This document shows positions 20,676 through 30,097 of a DNA stretch of 64,000 bases, piece after piece. Under the pieces are notes generated by a model, which was given only the letters and a program-made list of their open reading frames with translations, ran no database searches and had not been told where the DNA came from. Every line of letters starts with the position of its first letter. The stretch's first letter is position 1. Both the position numbers and the translations under genes were made by a program. Origin of the DNA: Candidatus Bathyarchaeota archaeon (GTDB lineage Archaea; Thermoproteota; Bathyarchaeia; Bathyarchaeales; Bathycorpusculaceae); NCBI GenBank assembly GCA_963827165.1, contig CAWGZR010000009.1, positions 263,156-327,155 of the forward strand, read 5' to 3'.

Positions 20676-21275
20676 ATAGAATCTATCTACGCAGACTTAC
20701 ACATCCACACCATCTACTCCAGCGATTCTCTTCTACAACCTAAAACCCTTGTAGACATGCTCTCCGCGCACAGCTTCATCAAGGCTGCAGCAGTAACCGA
20801 CCATGACAGCGTGAGAGGCGTCAAGCTTACGATTGAGTTGGCAAAGGCTTACCCAGACATCCTAATAATTCCAGGAGTTGAAATCAGCACTGATCGCGGC
20901 GACGTTCTAGTTTTGGGAACGGAGGAGCTGCCGCCTAAACCCTGGAGCCCAGAATGCGTGGTTGATTATGCGAAGGGGGTGGGTGCGATTACGGTTGTGG
21001 CGCATCCTTTCCGCGAATACGGCATGGGTGATGTGGCGAGAAACTACAAGTTTGACGCTATTGAGGTTCTTAACGGGAACTCGTCAGCGAAGGCGAACAG
21101 TGAGGCTAAAGCGTTTGCGAAAAGCTTGGGTTTGCCGGGTACGGCGGGCAGCGACGCCCATCAAGTGTCAGAGCTTTTCAGCGTGAACGCAAAAATTGAT
21201 TGTGCACTAAATGTTGAATCTGTTTTGAAGGCACTCGAGAAGGGTTCCGTTTCGGCTCAAATAACAAAGGGATAA
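20676..21275 (+). CDS. PHP-domain phosphoesterase; probable ATA start
   Basis: The family's first motif DLHIHTIYSSD lies in frame upstream of the first ATG (20757). Also TDHD, PGVEIST, AHPFR and GSDAH. AAGGAG RBS sits before ATA at 20676. Confidence 0.88.
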   Translation: MESIYADLHIHTIYSSDSLLQPKTLVDMLSAHSFIKAAAVTDHDSVRGVKLTIELAKAYPDILIIPGVEISTDRGDVLVLGTEELPPKPWSPECVVDYAKGVGAITVVAHPFREYGMGDVARNYKFDAIEVLNGNSSAKANSEAKAFAKSLGLPGTAGSDAHQVSELFSVNAKIDCALNVESVLKALEKGSVSAQITKG

Positions 21276-21376
21276 ATGCCTTTGAGCATTTTTTTAGCTG
21301 GATTTTTTGAGGTTTAAAAGGAAACCTTATTCTGGGGGCAAGACTATTTGCACGATTTATTGGCGATTGAAAACAT

Positions 21377-22282
21377 ATGGGTAATAGCATGACTGAGCCG
21401 CAGCCGCTTAAAGAGCCGTCTAAGGGGCAGCCCAAGGAGCAGGATCGCTTCAAATTTGAAGTTGTTTACCTGATTCCGATACTAGCAAGCATAATATTCG
21501 GCCTAGCCTGCGCAAGCCTTCTTAAAACTCAGGCCCCAGCAACCATACCCGTTACCCCTCTTCCCCAAAACACTGCTTCGGGCTCCTTCGGCAACGCGTT
21601 TTACTTCGTCATTTTGGTGGCGGTCGCGGCAACGATATTTTATCTGTTGCTCAAACGTAGAAGCCGAAGAATCATCAAAGGCTTAATCGTTGTCGCCATG
21701 ACGACCGCGTCCCTCCTGCTATCTCTCGTCTACCTAGCTGCAGTCTTCTCTTATCTGCCAAGCAGCTATGGGATCTTATGGATTCCGCTATCCATAGCCA
21801 TCACGGCAGCGTTTGACTACGCCGTTTTCCGCCTAGGCAGCATCGCTCGAAACGTCGCAGTCATCGGCATCGGCGGCGCACTTGGGATGTTCTTCGGTTT
21901 TGAAATCCAGCTATGGACAGCGGTGCTGATCCTAGTTTTCCTCGCGGTTTATGATATTTTCGCGGTTTATCGGGGTCCAGTCGGCAAAATTGCTCAGTCA
22001 GCCGGCGGGCTCGAGGACTTGCAGGGTTTAAGCTACGACTTCCGCGACATCCAAATGGGGCTGGGCGATTTGGTTTTCTACTCGATGCTGGTTGGAACCA
22101 TGTTCTTCAGCTTCTCAAGCATATTGCCCTGCCTCGTTTCGTTAGTGGGCATAATAGCAGGCTCAATCGTCACGTTCTTCATTCTTGAACATAAAGGAAT
22201 CTTTCCAGGTCTACCCTTCCCAATCATGCTCGGTTTAGCGGGCGGCTTAATTATGGGGCTCGTGATTCTGCCACTTCTTTAG
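21377..22282 (+). CDS. Presenilin-like GxGD intramembrane aspartyl protease
   Basis: Multi-TM protein with YD (AVYDIFAV), GLGD and PGLP (PAL-equivalent) motifs. Confidence 0.9.
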   Translation: MGNSMTEPQPLKEPSKGQPKEQDRFKFEVVYLIPILASIIFGLACASLLKTQAPATIPVTPLPQNTASGSFGNAFYFVILVAVAATIFYLLLKRRSRRIIKGLIVVAMTTASLLLSLVYLAAVFSYLPSSYGILWIPLSIAITAAFDYAVFRLGSIARNVAVIGIGGALGMFFGFEIQLWTAVLILVFLAVYDIFAVYRGPVGKIAQSAGGLEDLQGLSYDFRDIQMGLGDLVFYSMLVGTMFFSFSSILPCLVSLVGIIAGSIVTFFILEHKGIFPGLPFPIMLGLAGGLIMGLVILPLL

Positions 22283-22320
22283 GGGATTCTCGATCACATG
22301 CTTTTCGCTTTGGCAGTTTT

Positions 22321-22480
22321 TTTGTTGTTTGTTTCTTGGGTTGCTTTCTTGGTTTAGGGCTTGAAATGTCTGCAGGTTGCGTCAATTAACGTCAACTAAA
22401 GTCAACTGTCGTCTGCAAAAGTCAACCATAGTCAATAGAAGTCTACTAAAGTCAACTAACGTCAACAAAAGTCAACAAGC
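22321..22480 (+). repeat. Dispersed leader + 10-bp array element, copy D
   Basis: Leader is 39/50 identical to copy B, then ten 10-mers with consensus GTCAACWAAA at 22381-22480. Confidence 0.88.
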
Positions 22481-23139
22481 GACCCCGTCACTCAACGTAC
22501 GGTTCAAATATTGTAACGAAAATAAGCATCGAAGAAAAGCTGATTATTGTCCGCGTCTTTTGCCTCATGCATCTCGTTGCGCTCTGGTGTCTTTTGGTTT
22601 GGAAATTGAGGCATTTTCAGGTTGGGTCCCTAATAGTCAATAATTAGTCAAAAACGGCAAGAGGAAGCTCAATTAAGGTTAGTTAGCGTGCTTCCGTGTT
22701 TTTCTAGCGGGAATCTTTGCCGGTTTTGAAGTGAACTACCAATTCATAAAATCTAATTAGTCAAAACTTCAAAATGACAATCATGTGCAATTTGCTAAAT
22801 TACCAAACTCAAGATTTGGAAGAAAATGCTCAGCAAAGAAAAAACAAAATCAAAAAAACCGATGCCGAAACACTAGAAATAATCGTTCCTGCCGCAATCT
22901 CGTTGTGCTGCAAATAAATCAAATGCTTCATTCAAAACCCGTAAACAAGCAGGCAATGTTGACACAGAAAAACTTCAAGCCCCTCGAACTCCTGTAAAAT
23001 CCCAAAATCGAAGAAAAAGGGCCGACTCACATAGCGATCAATCTGTCGAAGGAAAACGAGTCGGCAAAGATCAATTAGTGATGGTGGATGGTAAAAAATA
23101 AAATAGCATTGCCCGATCAAAACGCAAAGTCGGCGCAAA

Positions 23140-24345
23140 GTGCTTAGAGATGGGGGAATCAAAAGGACATACTCGCTATCCAATAGCAGATGCAATGAAA
23201 ATTACAAACCAATCACCAGCCAAGCCAGTTTTGGGAGACGACGGTGTCTATCTGCAATTTTTGCCATATTTGTTGTGGTTACTGCAAGCTTCTGCGCTCT
23301 GCATGAGATGCCGCGAGAGACTTACGCTCAGCCGCCTGTATCGCCGCAAATCCAATTCCCTCCGGCAGCATCCATTCAGCTGAGCGTCCCCTTCTGTGAC
23401 CAAGACAAATCCGTAAACAGTCATTATAATTTGGCGGGTATATGCTGGGATACATCGGCAGAAATGATTCTTAATTACTGGCACAACCAGGGATATTTAG
23501 CATCTGTTCCATCGCAAACTGAAATATATTCAGACACAATGTCAAACAGCTCAGACGGCAACCTAAACAACGCCTTAGCATCTTTAGGCTTCTACTCTGC
23601 AGGGTTCTACCCAATGCAGACGTTTTATGCAAGCTACAGCAATTATCAGCAAACAAACAACGCGAACAACGCAAGCCAAATGATATACACTGCACAGGTC
23701 GCTTTGTCGTTGGGTGTGCCCCTTGAAGCCTCCGTGGAAACCCAGCCTTACCCGCAAGCAAATTCGAGCACCGGCGGAATCCTTTGCGATTCCAGAGGAC
23801 AAGACCACGCAATAGTCATAACAGGCTACAATCAAACAGGCTTTATATTCAACTCTGCAACAAACGAGCAATCCAATCCCCAATTTGTAAGTGACAACAG
23901 TCTGAATACCTATGTGCAAGATGGACGAGTGGTCAACGGTTATCGGCTCTATTGCCAATACTCAGAGTTCATAAACGCCTTCAGCAACGAATCATGGAGC
24001 TTCACAGCCATATTCCCCTTAAATTATGCGCCAGTAATGCGGCAGCAAATCGTACACCTCGTCGATGAAAACAATCAGCCAATATCAGGAATGTTGGTGT
24101 CGTCGCCATTGAGCACAGCGAGAACCGACTCAGACGGGTATGCCACACTAACAATTACATATTTGGGGACACCCATAACGCTCGGTTATAACATGCAAAC
24201 TAACGCATACGATAACTTCTGCGGACATTATTACGACACTCGACAGGTCGGCCATTGCTCCAGCGGAGACTACGGCATTTACATGCTTTACCCGACAACG
24301 GCAAATTGGCAAGCGACGACAAACAGAAAGATACAATACACTTAG
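23140..24345 (+). CDS. Secreted C39-like (papain-fold) cysteine peptidase
   Basis: VPFCDQ, CWDTSAEMILNYW (catalytic Cys) and DHAIVITGY (His); N-terminal TM segment; C-terminal prealbumin-like DENNQPISG..TDSDGYA. Start uncertain. Confidence 0.7.
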   Translation: MLRDGGIKRTYSLSNSRCNENYKPITSQASFGRRRCLSAIFAIFVVVTASFCALHEMPRETYAQPPVSPQIQFPPAASIQLSVPFCDQDKSVNSHYNLAGICWDTSAEMILNYWHNQGYLASVPSQTEIYSDTMSNSSDGNLNNALASLGFYSAGFYPMQTFYASYSNYQQTNNANNASQMIYTAQVALSLGVPLEASVETQPYPQANSSTGGILCDSRGQDHAIVITGYNQTGFIFNSATNEQSNPQFVSDNSLNTYVQDGRVVNGYRLYCQYSEFINAFSNESWSFTAIFPLNYAPVMRQQIVHLVDENNQPISGMLVSSPLSTARTDSDGYATLTITYLGTPITLGYNMQTNAYDNFCGHYYDTRQVGHCSSGDYGIYMLYPTTANWQATTNRKIQYT

Positions 24346-24457
24346 CCGACCCGTGACGTGCTTTCAGGCGAAAGGTTTTTGAAAAAACTTCGGTAAGGGA
24401 AAGCGAATGCTTTTTGCTTTTGGTGAAAGATTAAAAAGGTTAAGATGACTCTGGCTT

Positions 24458-25321
24458 ATGGAGTGCGGTGTCTCAAAATTGGATAAGTCGATAGTGGCAA
24501 TTGTTAAGGGGGAACGGGGGCATGAACCCGTTTGGAAAGCCTTAGAATTAATTGATTACAAATCAGCCCTGGCTGGTTACAAGCGGGCTCTGATAAAAGT
24601 CAACTTCATAAATACCCAAACATGGGACAGCGGAGCAACAACCGATCCAATCGTTGTTGAAGCCATAATCCTGAGGCTCAAAGAACTGGGCGTTGAACCC
24701 ATAGTTGTTGAGTCAGACGCCACAATGACCAACGCTGACGAAGCTTACGAAGCCACAGGCATGAAGGAAATGGTTGAACGAAACGGCGTCAAATTCATCA
24801 ATTTGCGTAATGAGAAAGACAAAGTCAAAATCCCCGTTCCCGACTGCGAAACCCTCAAAACCATCACAGTTCCCCGCATCGTCACCGAATCCGCCATAAT
24901 AAGCGCTGCAAAAATGAAGACACACATGGCAACCAAAGTCACTTTGGGCATGAAAAACATGTTCGGATTACTTCCGGACAAATACAAGGCGAAATTCCAC
25001 ATGAACGGCATCAGCAAAGTCGTAGTGGACATCAACGCAGTCATAAAACCCCAGCTGACAGTGATCGACGGGTTCGTCGCGATGGAAGGCAGAGGACCAA
25101 CCTACGGAGACCCGGTCAAAATGGATTTGATAATTGCAGGAAAAGACGTTGTTGCCACCGACGCGACGGGCGCTAGAGTCATGGGATTGGACCCACATAA
25201 AATCAGCCACATCCGAACCGCCGCCGAAAAAGGCTTAGGTAACATCGACAACATAGAAATCCTCGGTTCAAAACTCGAGGACGTACAACGCACATTCAAA
25301 CCAGCCAAAATGGTGGGATAG
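24458..25321 (+). CDS. DUF362 family protein
   Basis: IKVN, TTDP, KMKTH...VTLGMKN.FG, IDG..AMEGRGP and D.VATD. Confidence 0.88.
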   Translation: MECGVSKLDKSIVAIVKGERGHEPVWKALELIDYKSALAGYKRALIKVNFINTQTWDSGATTDPIVVEAIILRLKELGVEPIVVESDATMTNADEAYEATGMKEMVERNGVKFINLRNEKDKVKIPVPDCETLKTITVPRIVTESAIISAAKMKTHMATKVTLGMKNMFGLLPDKYKAKFHMNGISKVVVDINAVIKPQLTVIDGFVAMEGRGPTYGDPVKMDLIIAGKDVVATDATGARVMGLDPHKISHIRTAAEKGLGNIDNIEILGSKLEDVQRTFKPAKMVG

Positions 25322-25500
25322 CCACTAATGAGCAACAATTCTATCAAGTTGCATAGAAGGCAACAGCTAGAAGAATAACAAAGATCAGTTGCAAGTCATT
25401 AGTTGAAGCGAATTCAATCAGCATCCACTATGATAGTCAAAGCAAAATATCGTGTAAAGAGCTCGGGGAGATAGTACAAAACTCAAGAATTCCGTCTATA

Positions 25501-26127
25501 TTAGAGTCCGGGTATGTTCGTGTTTACCAAAGTTATGTTCATGTTGTAGGATTGTCCATCAACTGGTGGAGAGGTCATAACCATTTCGATTGGCCATTGA
25601 ACGGTGTTATCAACGTAGTATGCTGCGCTGATGCCTTGACTATTGTATTCGTAGACAGTGCAGCTTCTCGTTCCAATGTTTGGAAGGGTTATTTGCGTAG
25701 TATAAGTGCTGTTCAGAATTAATCCCGTTGGTTGGAAAGTCATGTTTTCTCTGTTTACCCACGTTGTGGTCGTGTTCTCTGTGTTGCCAAATGGAGTTGA
25801 AAGGTTAAAGGTAGTCATAACCTGAATGTGAGTTGCATTGAGGCTAATGATTTCCATGGTTGCGTTGAAGTTAACTGACATTGATAGTATAGTGTCTTGA
25901 CCCTGGTATGTCGCGTAGGTCCCTATTGCAATCCATGCTTGCGAAGCATGGTTACTAGCTTGATTGCTATTTCCGCTGATATTGGGCAATTGATTGTTTG
26001 TCAATAATCCACTGGCGAAAATTACTGCAAGTACTGAAGCAGCAATTAGGATCGCTACAATTATCACGGCCATTTTTTTTCTGCTTTGAGTAATAATTTT
26101 TGGGGCTTGTTGATTGTTTTCTAACAT
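25501..26127 (-). CDS. Hypothetical membrane-anchored secreted protein
   Basis: N-terminal TM helix followed by an N/T-rich beta domain. Confidence 0.7.
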   Translation of the reverse strand: MLENNQQAPKIITQSRKKMAVIIVAILIAASVLAVIFASGLLTNNQLPNISGNSNQASNHASQAWIAIGTYATYQGQDTILSMSVNFNATMEIISLNATHIQVMTTFNLSTPFGNTENTTTTWVNRENMTFQPTGLILNSTYTTQITLPNIGTRSCTVYEYNSQGISAAYYVDNTVQWPIEMVMTSPPVDGQSYNMNITLVNTNIPGL

Positions 26128-26297
26128 TCGCCAGGATCACTCTCATATTAAATATTAATAAACAATATATGGTTTATGGTGCAAAAATCAAATTAAAGCG
26201 CAGGTTGAGTTGTTCAGAAGCCGGTTTATGCCTACGAAAAGCAGTTTTTACGTCCCTGATCTTGCTTCTTTTATCTTTTGAAAACAGGGAGTGCTAC

Positions 26298-27713
26298 TCA
26301 GTTAGCTTTTTCAGCACGGTTTTCTTTTCCGCGAGTTACCGAAAGCAGTGCGGCTATTACAAGGATTGCTATGGAAGCGTAGAGTGCGGCTTGTATCCCT
26401 GCGATGAAGGACGCGCTTAGACCGCCCGAGAGTTTTACGGTGCTGATGAACACTTGGAAAGCCAATGTTCGGGGAATTGAGGCTGAGGCGACTGTTATCG
26501 CCACCACAAAACTTCCAAGTATTCCGACATTCTGAAGAGTTCTCAGCAATCCGGAGATGCTGCCGTAGTTGCCTTGACGTGCTTTCGCCATGACGGCGGA
26601 GTTGTTGGCTGGGAAAAACATGGCCGTGCCGAAACCTGAGACGGCGGATGCCAGTAAAATGATGTAGAAGGATGAATTTTGGCCTATGGCAGTGTAGATC
26701 AGGGTGGCCACGGAAAGGAAGATTATGCCGACTGTAGCTATTGTTCTGGCGCCTATTTTGTCTGAGTGTCTACCCATTACAGGGCTGAACAAGGCTCCGA
26801 CCACGTAGCCAGGAATAAGCAGAAGCGATGCGTTTAGAGGTGATAAGCCGCGCACGCCCTGCAGATACATAATTATCAGGAAAACAACCGATATGTATCC
26901 GACGCTGACGAAGAATGTGGCCAGGCAGGAGTTTCTTAAAACCTTATCTTTGAAGGCTTGGAAGTCAACCATTGGGGTTTCCAAGCGTCCCTCGTAAGTT
27001 ATGAAAATGGGGAGTATAGCAGCGCCTATCAGCAATGAAGATGCGTTTACGATAGCAATTCCTTGTGAAGCTAAGGTTGTTGCGCCGTAGGAGATGAGCA
27101 GAAGGCTTGCTGCCAAGAGCACCATGCCGCCTATATCCAGTTTCGCTTTAACTCTTGGAGCTTGTTTTAGATATTTGAAGCCGAGGATAAGGGCGACCGC
27201 GCCTATCGGGAGGTTAATGAAGAAGATGAATTGCCACCCAATGAAAGTAGTGACTAAGCCACCTAACACGATTCCCATCATTGAGCCTATTGTCCAGCCC
27301 AAGGAGCTGAACCCATAGGCTTTGCCGCGTGAGTTCGGCGGGAAAGTATCTGCGATAATGGCGCCGCTGTTAGACTGCATTAACGCACCTCCCAAAGCCT
27401 GCACCACACGGGAGCCAATCAAAAAGTAAATGTCTGGTGAGAACCCGCAGAGGGCAGAGCCGACGGTGAAGACAGCGAAGCCCGCATTGAACATAGTTGT
27501 TCGACCGTAGATGTCACCTATTCTGCCAAGTTGGGTCGTGGTAACCGCAATTACAAGAAGGTAGGTTAAGATTATCCAGATGGTCGTGATGAAATCGGAG
27601 TGCAAGCCATCAGTTATAGCGGGGAAAGCCAGGAGCACGATGGTGCTGTCTAAGGCACCCATCAATGTCCCCAGGACAACGATAACCAGTATGATGCTTT
27701 GACTCTTCACCAT
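26298..27713 (-). CDS. MFS transporter, DHA2 (14-TM) family
   Basis: LDSTIV..AFP.I, GRIGDIYGR motif A, G..LGG and WQFIFFINLPIG. Confidence 0.92.
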   Translation of the reverse strand: MVKSQSIILVIVVLGTLMGALDSTIVLLAFPAITDGLHSDFITTIWIILTYLLVIAVTTTQLGRIGDIYGRTTMFNAGFAVFTVGSALCGFSPDIYFLIGSRVVQALGGALMQSNSGAIIADTFPPNSRGKAYGFSSLGWTIGSMMGIVLGGLVTTFIGWQFIFFINLPIGAVALILGFKYLKQAPRVKAKLDIGGMVLLAASLLLISYGATTLASQGIAIVNASSLLIGAAILPIFITYEGRLETPMVDFQAFKDKVLRNSCLATFFVSVGYISVVFLIIMYLQGVRGLSPLNASLLLIPGYVVGALFSPVMGRHSDKIGARTIATVGIIFLSVATLIYTAIGQNSSFYIILLASAVSGFGTAMFFPANNSAVMAKARQGNYGSISGLLRTLQNVGILGSFVVAITVASASIPRTLAFQVFISTVKLSGGLSASFIAGIQAALYASIAILVIAALLSVTRGKENRAEKAN

Positions 27714-27834
27714 ACTTCTAACACTGAAAAAAACTGATTCTTATGCTTTTACCCGTATCTGACCAGCTTTTGAAGCCGCCCAACATGTTTTTCAGGAAGA
27801 GTGAAAAACACTAAACAGAGATGTCGGATGCGGC

Positions 27835-28425
27835 GTGGTTGACACATTTTATCTTCATTTAGAGTTCGCGGGCAAAAAAGGCGGATGGTCAATTAACTTA
27901 CCCTTTCTTTGTTCCCGATGCGGCGTCTGCTGCACCCTGGAGGATTTTTTAACTGCAGGAGAAATCACTGCAGAACCCGGAGGGCACACCGAGGTTCGAA
28001 CCAAAATGAAAGCACTCTTCGATGAGCTGGGTAAAATGTGGGAAGCGAACGAAGCAAAATATGACGAATACACCCGACTCACCCCGTGCCCATTCTTGAT
28101 AGACAAATCCTGCTCAATCTACGAAATCCGCCCGGGTGGCTGCCGACTCTTCCCGAAAACAGCCTTCGGCATGCTAACCCAAGACTGCCCAGCCCTTAAT
28201 AGATTCAGAAAACAGCGAGCTTCCCTTAGAAAAGGCAAAAAATACAAAGAAAATTACCATTTTACTAGAAAAACTGCAGATTCAACGAAATGGGAAGAAC
28301 CCATCACTCCTGCCGCTTTTACCCAAAAACAGTTTCTAGGCTGTGTCGCCATTTTGCGCCGTGTGGGCTTAACAGATGGAGAATTAAAGCTCTTTAGCGA
28401 GTTCAACAAATCTCAAAAGGAATAA
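27835..28425 (+). CDS. YkgJ-family (CxxCxxCC) cysteine-cluster protein
   Basis: CSRCGVCC ... CPFL...CSIYEIRP..CRLFP. Confidence 0.85.
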   Translation: MVDTFYLHLEFAGKKGGWSINLPFLCSRCGVCCTLEDFLTAGEITAEPGGHTEVRTKMKALFDELGKMWEANEAKYDEYTRLTPCPFLIDKSCSIYEIRPGGCRLFPKTAFGMLTQDCPALNRFRKQRASLRKGKKYKENYHFTRKTADSTKWEEPITPAAFTQKQFLGCVAILRRVGLTDGELKLFSEFNKSQKE

Positions 28426-28432
28426 TATGGAA

Positions 28433-28684
28433 CTATTGGGTTGGCTCAGTTATTATTTGGGCGTCTGCGCAGCCGCTTTCTAAGTGAGTTATTTTTATTT
28501 TCAGGTGTTCGTTGAGTTTTGCGTTGGCGATGAAAATCAAGTAACCCTTGATGTTGGCAATGCCTTCGCCGTTTGGACTCATCTGCTCCACCTGAACCTC
28601 GTACTCATCTCCGATTTCAAATGGGTAACCGAAGCCTCTGCCACGGTTTTTTGCGTTTCTGGGAGCTCGTTTTTTTGGGCTAAT
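28433..28684 (-). CDS. Stand-alone TRAM-domain RNA-binding protein; probable ATT start
   Basis: Missing from the ORF track. Manual translation: ISPKKRAPRNAKNRGRGFGYPFEIGDEYEVQVEQMSPNGEGIANIKGYLIFIANAKLNEHLKIKITHLESGCADAQIITEPTQ*. GAGGATGA RBS-like sequence upstream; in-frame TAA two codons before the ATT. Confidence 0.85.
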   Translation of the reverse strand: MSPKKRAPRNAKNRGRGFGYPFEIGDEYEVQVEQMSPNGEGIANIKGYLIFIANAKLNEHLKIKITHLESGCADAQIITEPTQ

Positions 28685-28848
28685 AAGTTATCATCCTCGA
28701 ATTCAACAATCGGCTGTTTAAAAGCCAATCATTATTCTTAAGGTTTCCTCTAAAGGGTATCGCTGAGGTTACATATTCCTTATCAAATTTCAAGCCTACA
28801 ATTAATTATATTAAAAAAAAATGGACAGAGTTGCTAAACCATTACTGG

Positions 28849-29673
28849 CTACGGTTTGAACGCTGAAACGCTTATACTTACAATGGAGCTTGAGGCTTCA
28901 TCGACTTGTTTAGCAGTTAATCCCAGGCGGCCAATAGTATTTTTAGTTTCAGGTTCGCTGATTATAGAGCCTAGCGGGTAAGTTTTTTCCTGCATGACCG
29001 TTATCCCTTGAAACCCGGCATTCCGAATTAACTCGAGATATTTGTCCTTTAATTCTGCCCCCGCAATGCATCCTGCATAGGCCTCAACGTTTTCCTGAAT
29101 GGCTTCAGTCAGCATCTTGAGAAGGACAATGTCGGAAACCATCAAACGCCCCTTTGGTGAAAGAACTCTTAGGGCTTCTTCGAAAACCCGTTTCTTGTTC
29201 GGCACCAGGTTGATGACACAATTTGAAATTATAACATCAATCGAGTTGTCTGCGACGGGTAAATTCTCGATTTCGCCCAGCCGAAACTCAACGTTTTTGT
29301 ACTTACCTTTCGCAGCGTTCGAACGGGCTTTATCAAGCATTTCAGGCGTCATATCCACTCCAATAACATGCCCAGTCTCGCCAACCTTTTTCGCCGCCAA
29401 AAAAGCGTCAAAGCCAGCGCCTGAACCCAAATCTAAGACTCTCTGGCCCTCTTTCAAAGAGGCCAAAGCCGTGGGGTTGCCACAGCCCAAACCTAGGTTG
29501 GCCCCTTCTGGAACCGCATTCATTTCTTCTTGGCTGTAACCTACAAGTTTGCTTACTTGTTTGTCTGTTGGTGCAGAGCAGCAACTTACACTCGACGCAC
29601 AACATGAACCACTTGACTTTGCTACCTTAGCATATCGTTTTCTTACTATCTTCTTAACCTTTTCTTCCTTCAT
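28849..29673 (-). CDS. arsM: Arsenite methyltransferase
   Basis: N-terminal SCC..SCC, LGLGCGNP, LDLGSGAGFD, VIISNCVINL and GCIAGA. Confidence 0.93.
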   Translation of the reverse strand: MKEEKVKKIVRKRYAKVAKSSGSCCASSVSCCSAPTDKQVSKLVGYSQEEMNAVPEGANLGLGCGNPTALASLKEGQRVLDLGSGAGFDAFLAAKKVGETGHVIGVDMTPEMLDKARSNAAKGKYKNVEFRLGEIENLPVADNSIDVIISNCVINLVPNKKRVFEEALRVLSPKGRLMVSDIVLLKMLTEAIQENVEAYAGCIAGAELKDKYLELIRNAGFQGITVMQEKTYPLGSIISEPETKNTIGRLGLTAKQVDEASSSIVSISVSAFKP

Positions 29674-29675
29674 GC

Positions 29676-29933
29676 CTAGTTCTCCTTCTTAGTTACACCT
29701 TTAAGCAGGGGACTCAATGTTTTTGTTATTGCTCCAGCAAGTCTTTCCGCTTTGATCATCATAATGCAGCATACTTCACCCTCTTTCTCACAAGCAACTA
29801 CCGCAATTTTGTCGTTTGGCTTGAAGTTTGCTTTTTCCCGTAAGTCTTTTGGGAGAACAATTTGACCTTTGACGTCAATTGTTACGATTGAATCGATTCT
29901 GCACGAGTCTCCTTCACAACTTGCCATTTTCAA
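29676..29933 (-). CDS. AbrB/MazE-type DNA-binding protein, Cys-rich (HgcC-like)
   Basis: TIDVKGQIVLPKDLREK looped-hinge motif, N-terminal C..C and EVCC; directly upstream of arsM on the same strand. Confidence 0.8.
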   Translation of the reverse strand: MKMASCEGDSCRIDSIVTIDVKGQIVLPKDLREKANFKPNDKIAVVACEKEGEVCCIMMIKAERLAGAITKTLSPLLKGVTKKEN

Positions 29934-29971
29934 TCTCCATTTAGTCTATGTGGTTGCCTAAACTCTTAAGC

Positions 29972-29998
29972 TTTTCTGAAAATTCTGATAATTCTGAC
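29972..29998. promoter_or_regulatory. Three 9-bp-period direct repeats (core TTCTGA) in the divergent ars promoter region
   Basis: ttttctgaa/aattctgat/aattctgac between the AbrB-arsM and acr3-arsC units. Confidence 0.45.
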
Positions 29999-30097
29999 GA
30001 TATAATTTTAGTGATTTATAGAATAAAATGAGAAAAATCCTACCAATCGGCTTAAATATTTGCCACCATAGTCTGATTGTCATTAAGTGGAGTCTTT

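Noticed and set aside
20221-22480. 10-bp arrays as CRISPR arrays
   Set aside because: Units are contiguous 10-mers with no unique spacers, and no cas genes are in the window.
22377-22643. 88-aa ORF over array D (STKVN/KSQQ-like repeats), and ORF 20066-20410 over copies B/C
   Set aside because: They look like by-products of the repeats: no RBS, and no frame or strand is shared among the element copies.
28484-28741. Plus-strand 85-aa ORF
   Set aside because: Antisense shadow of the TRAM gene.
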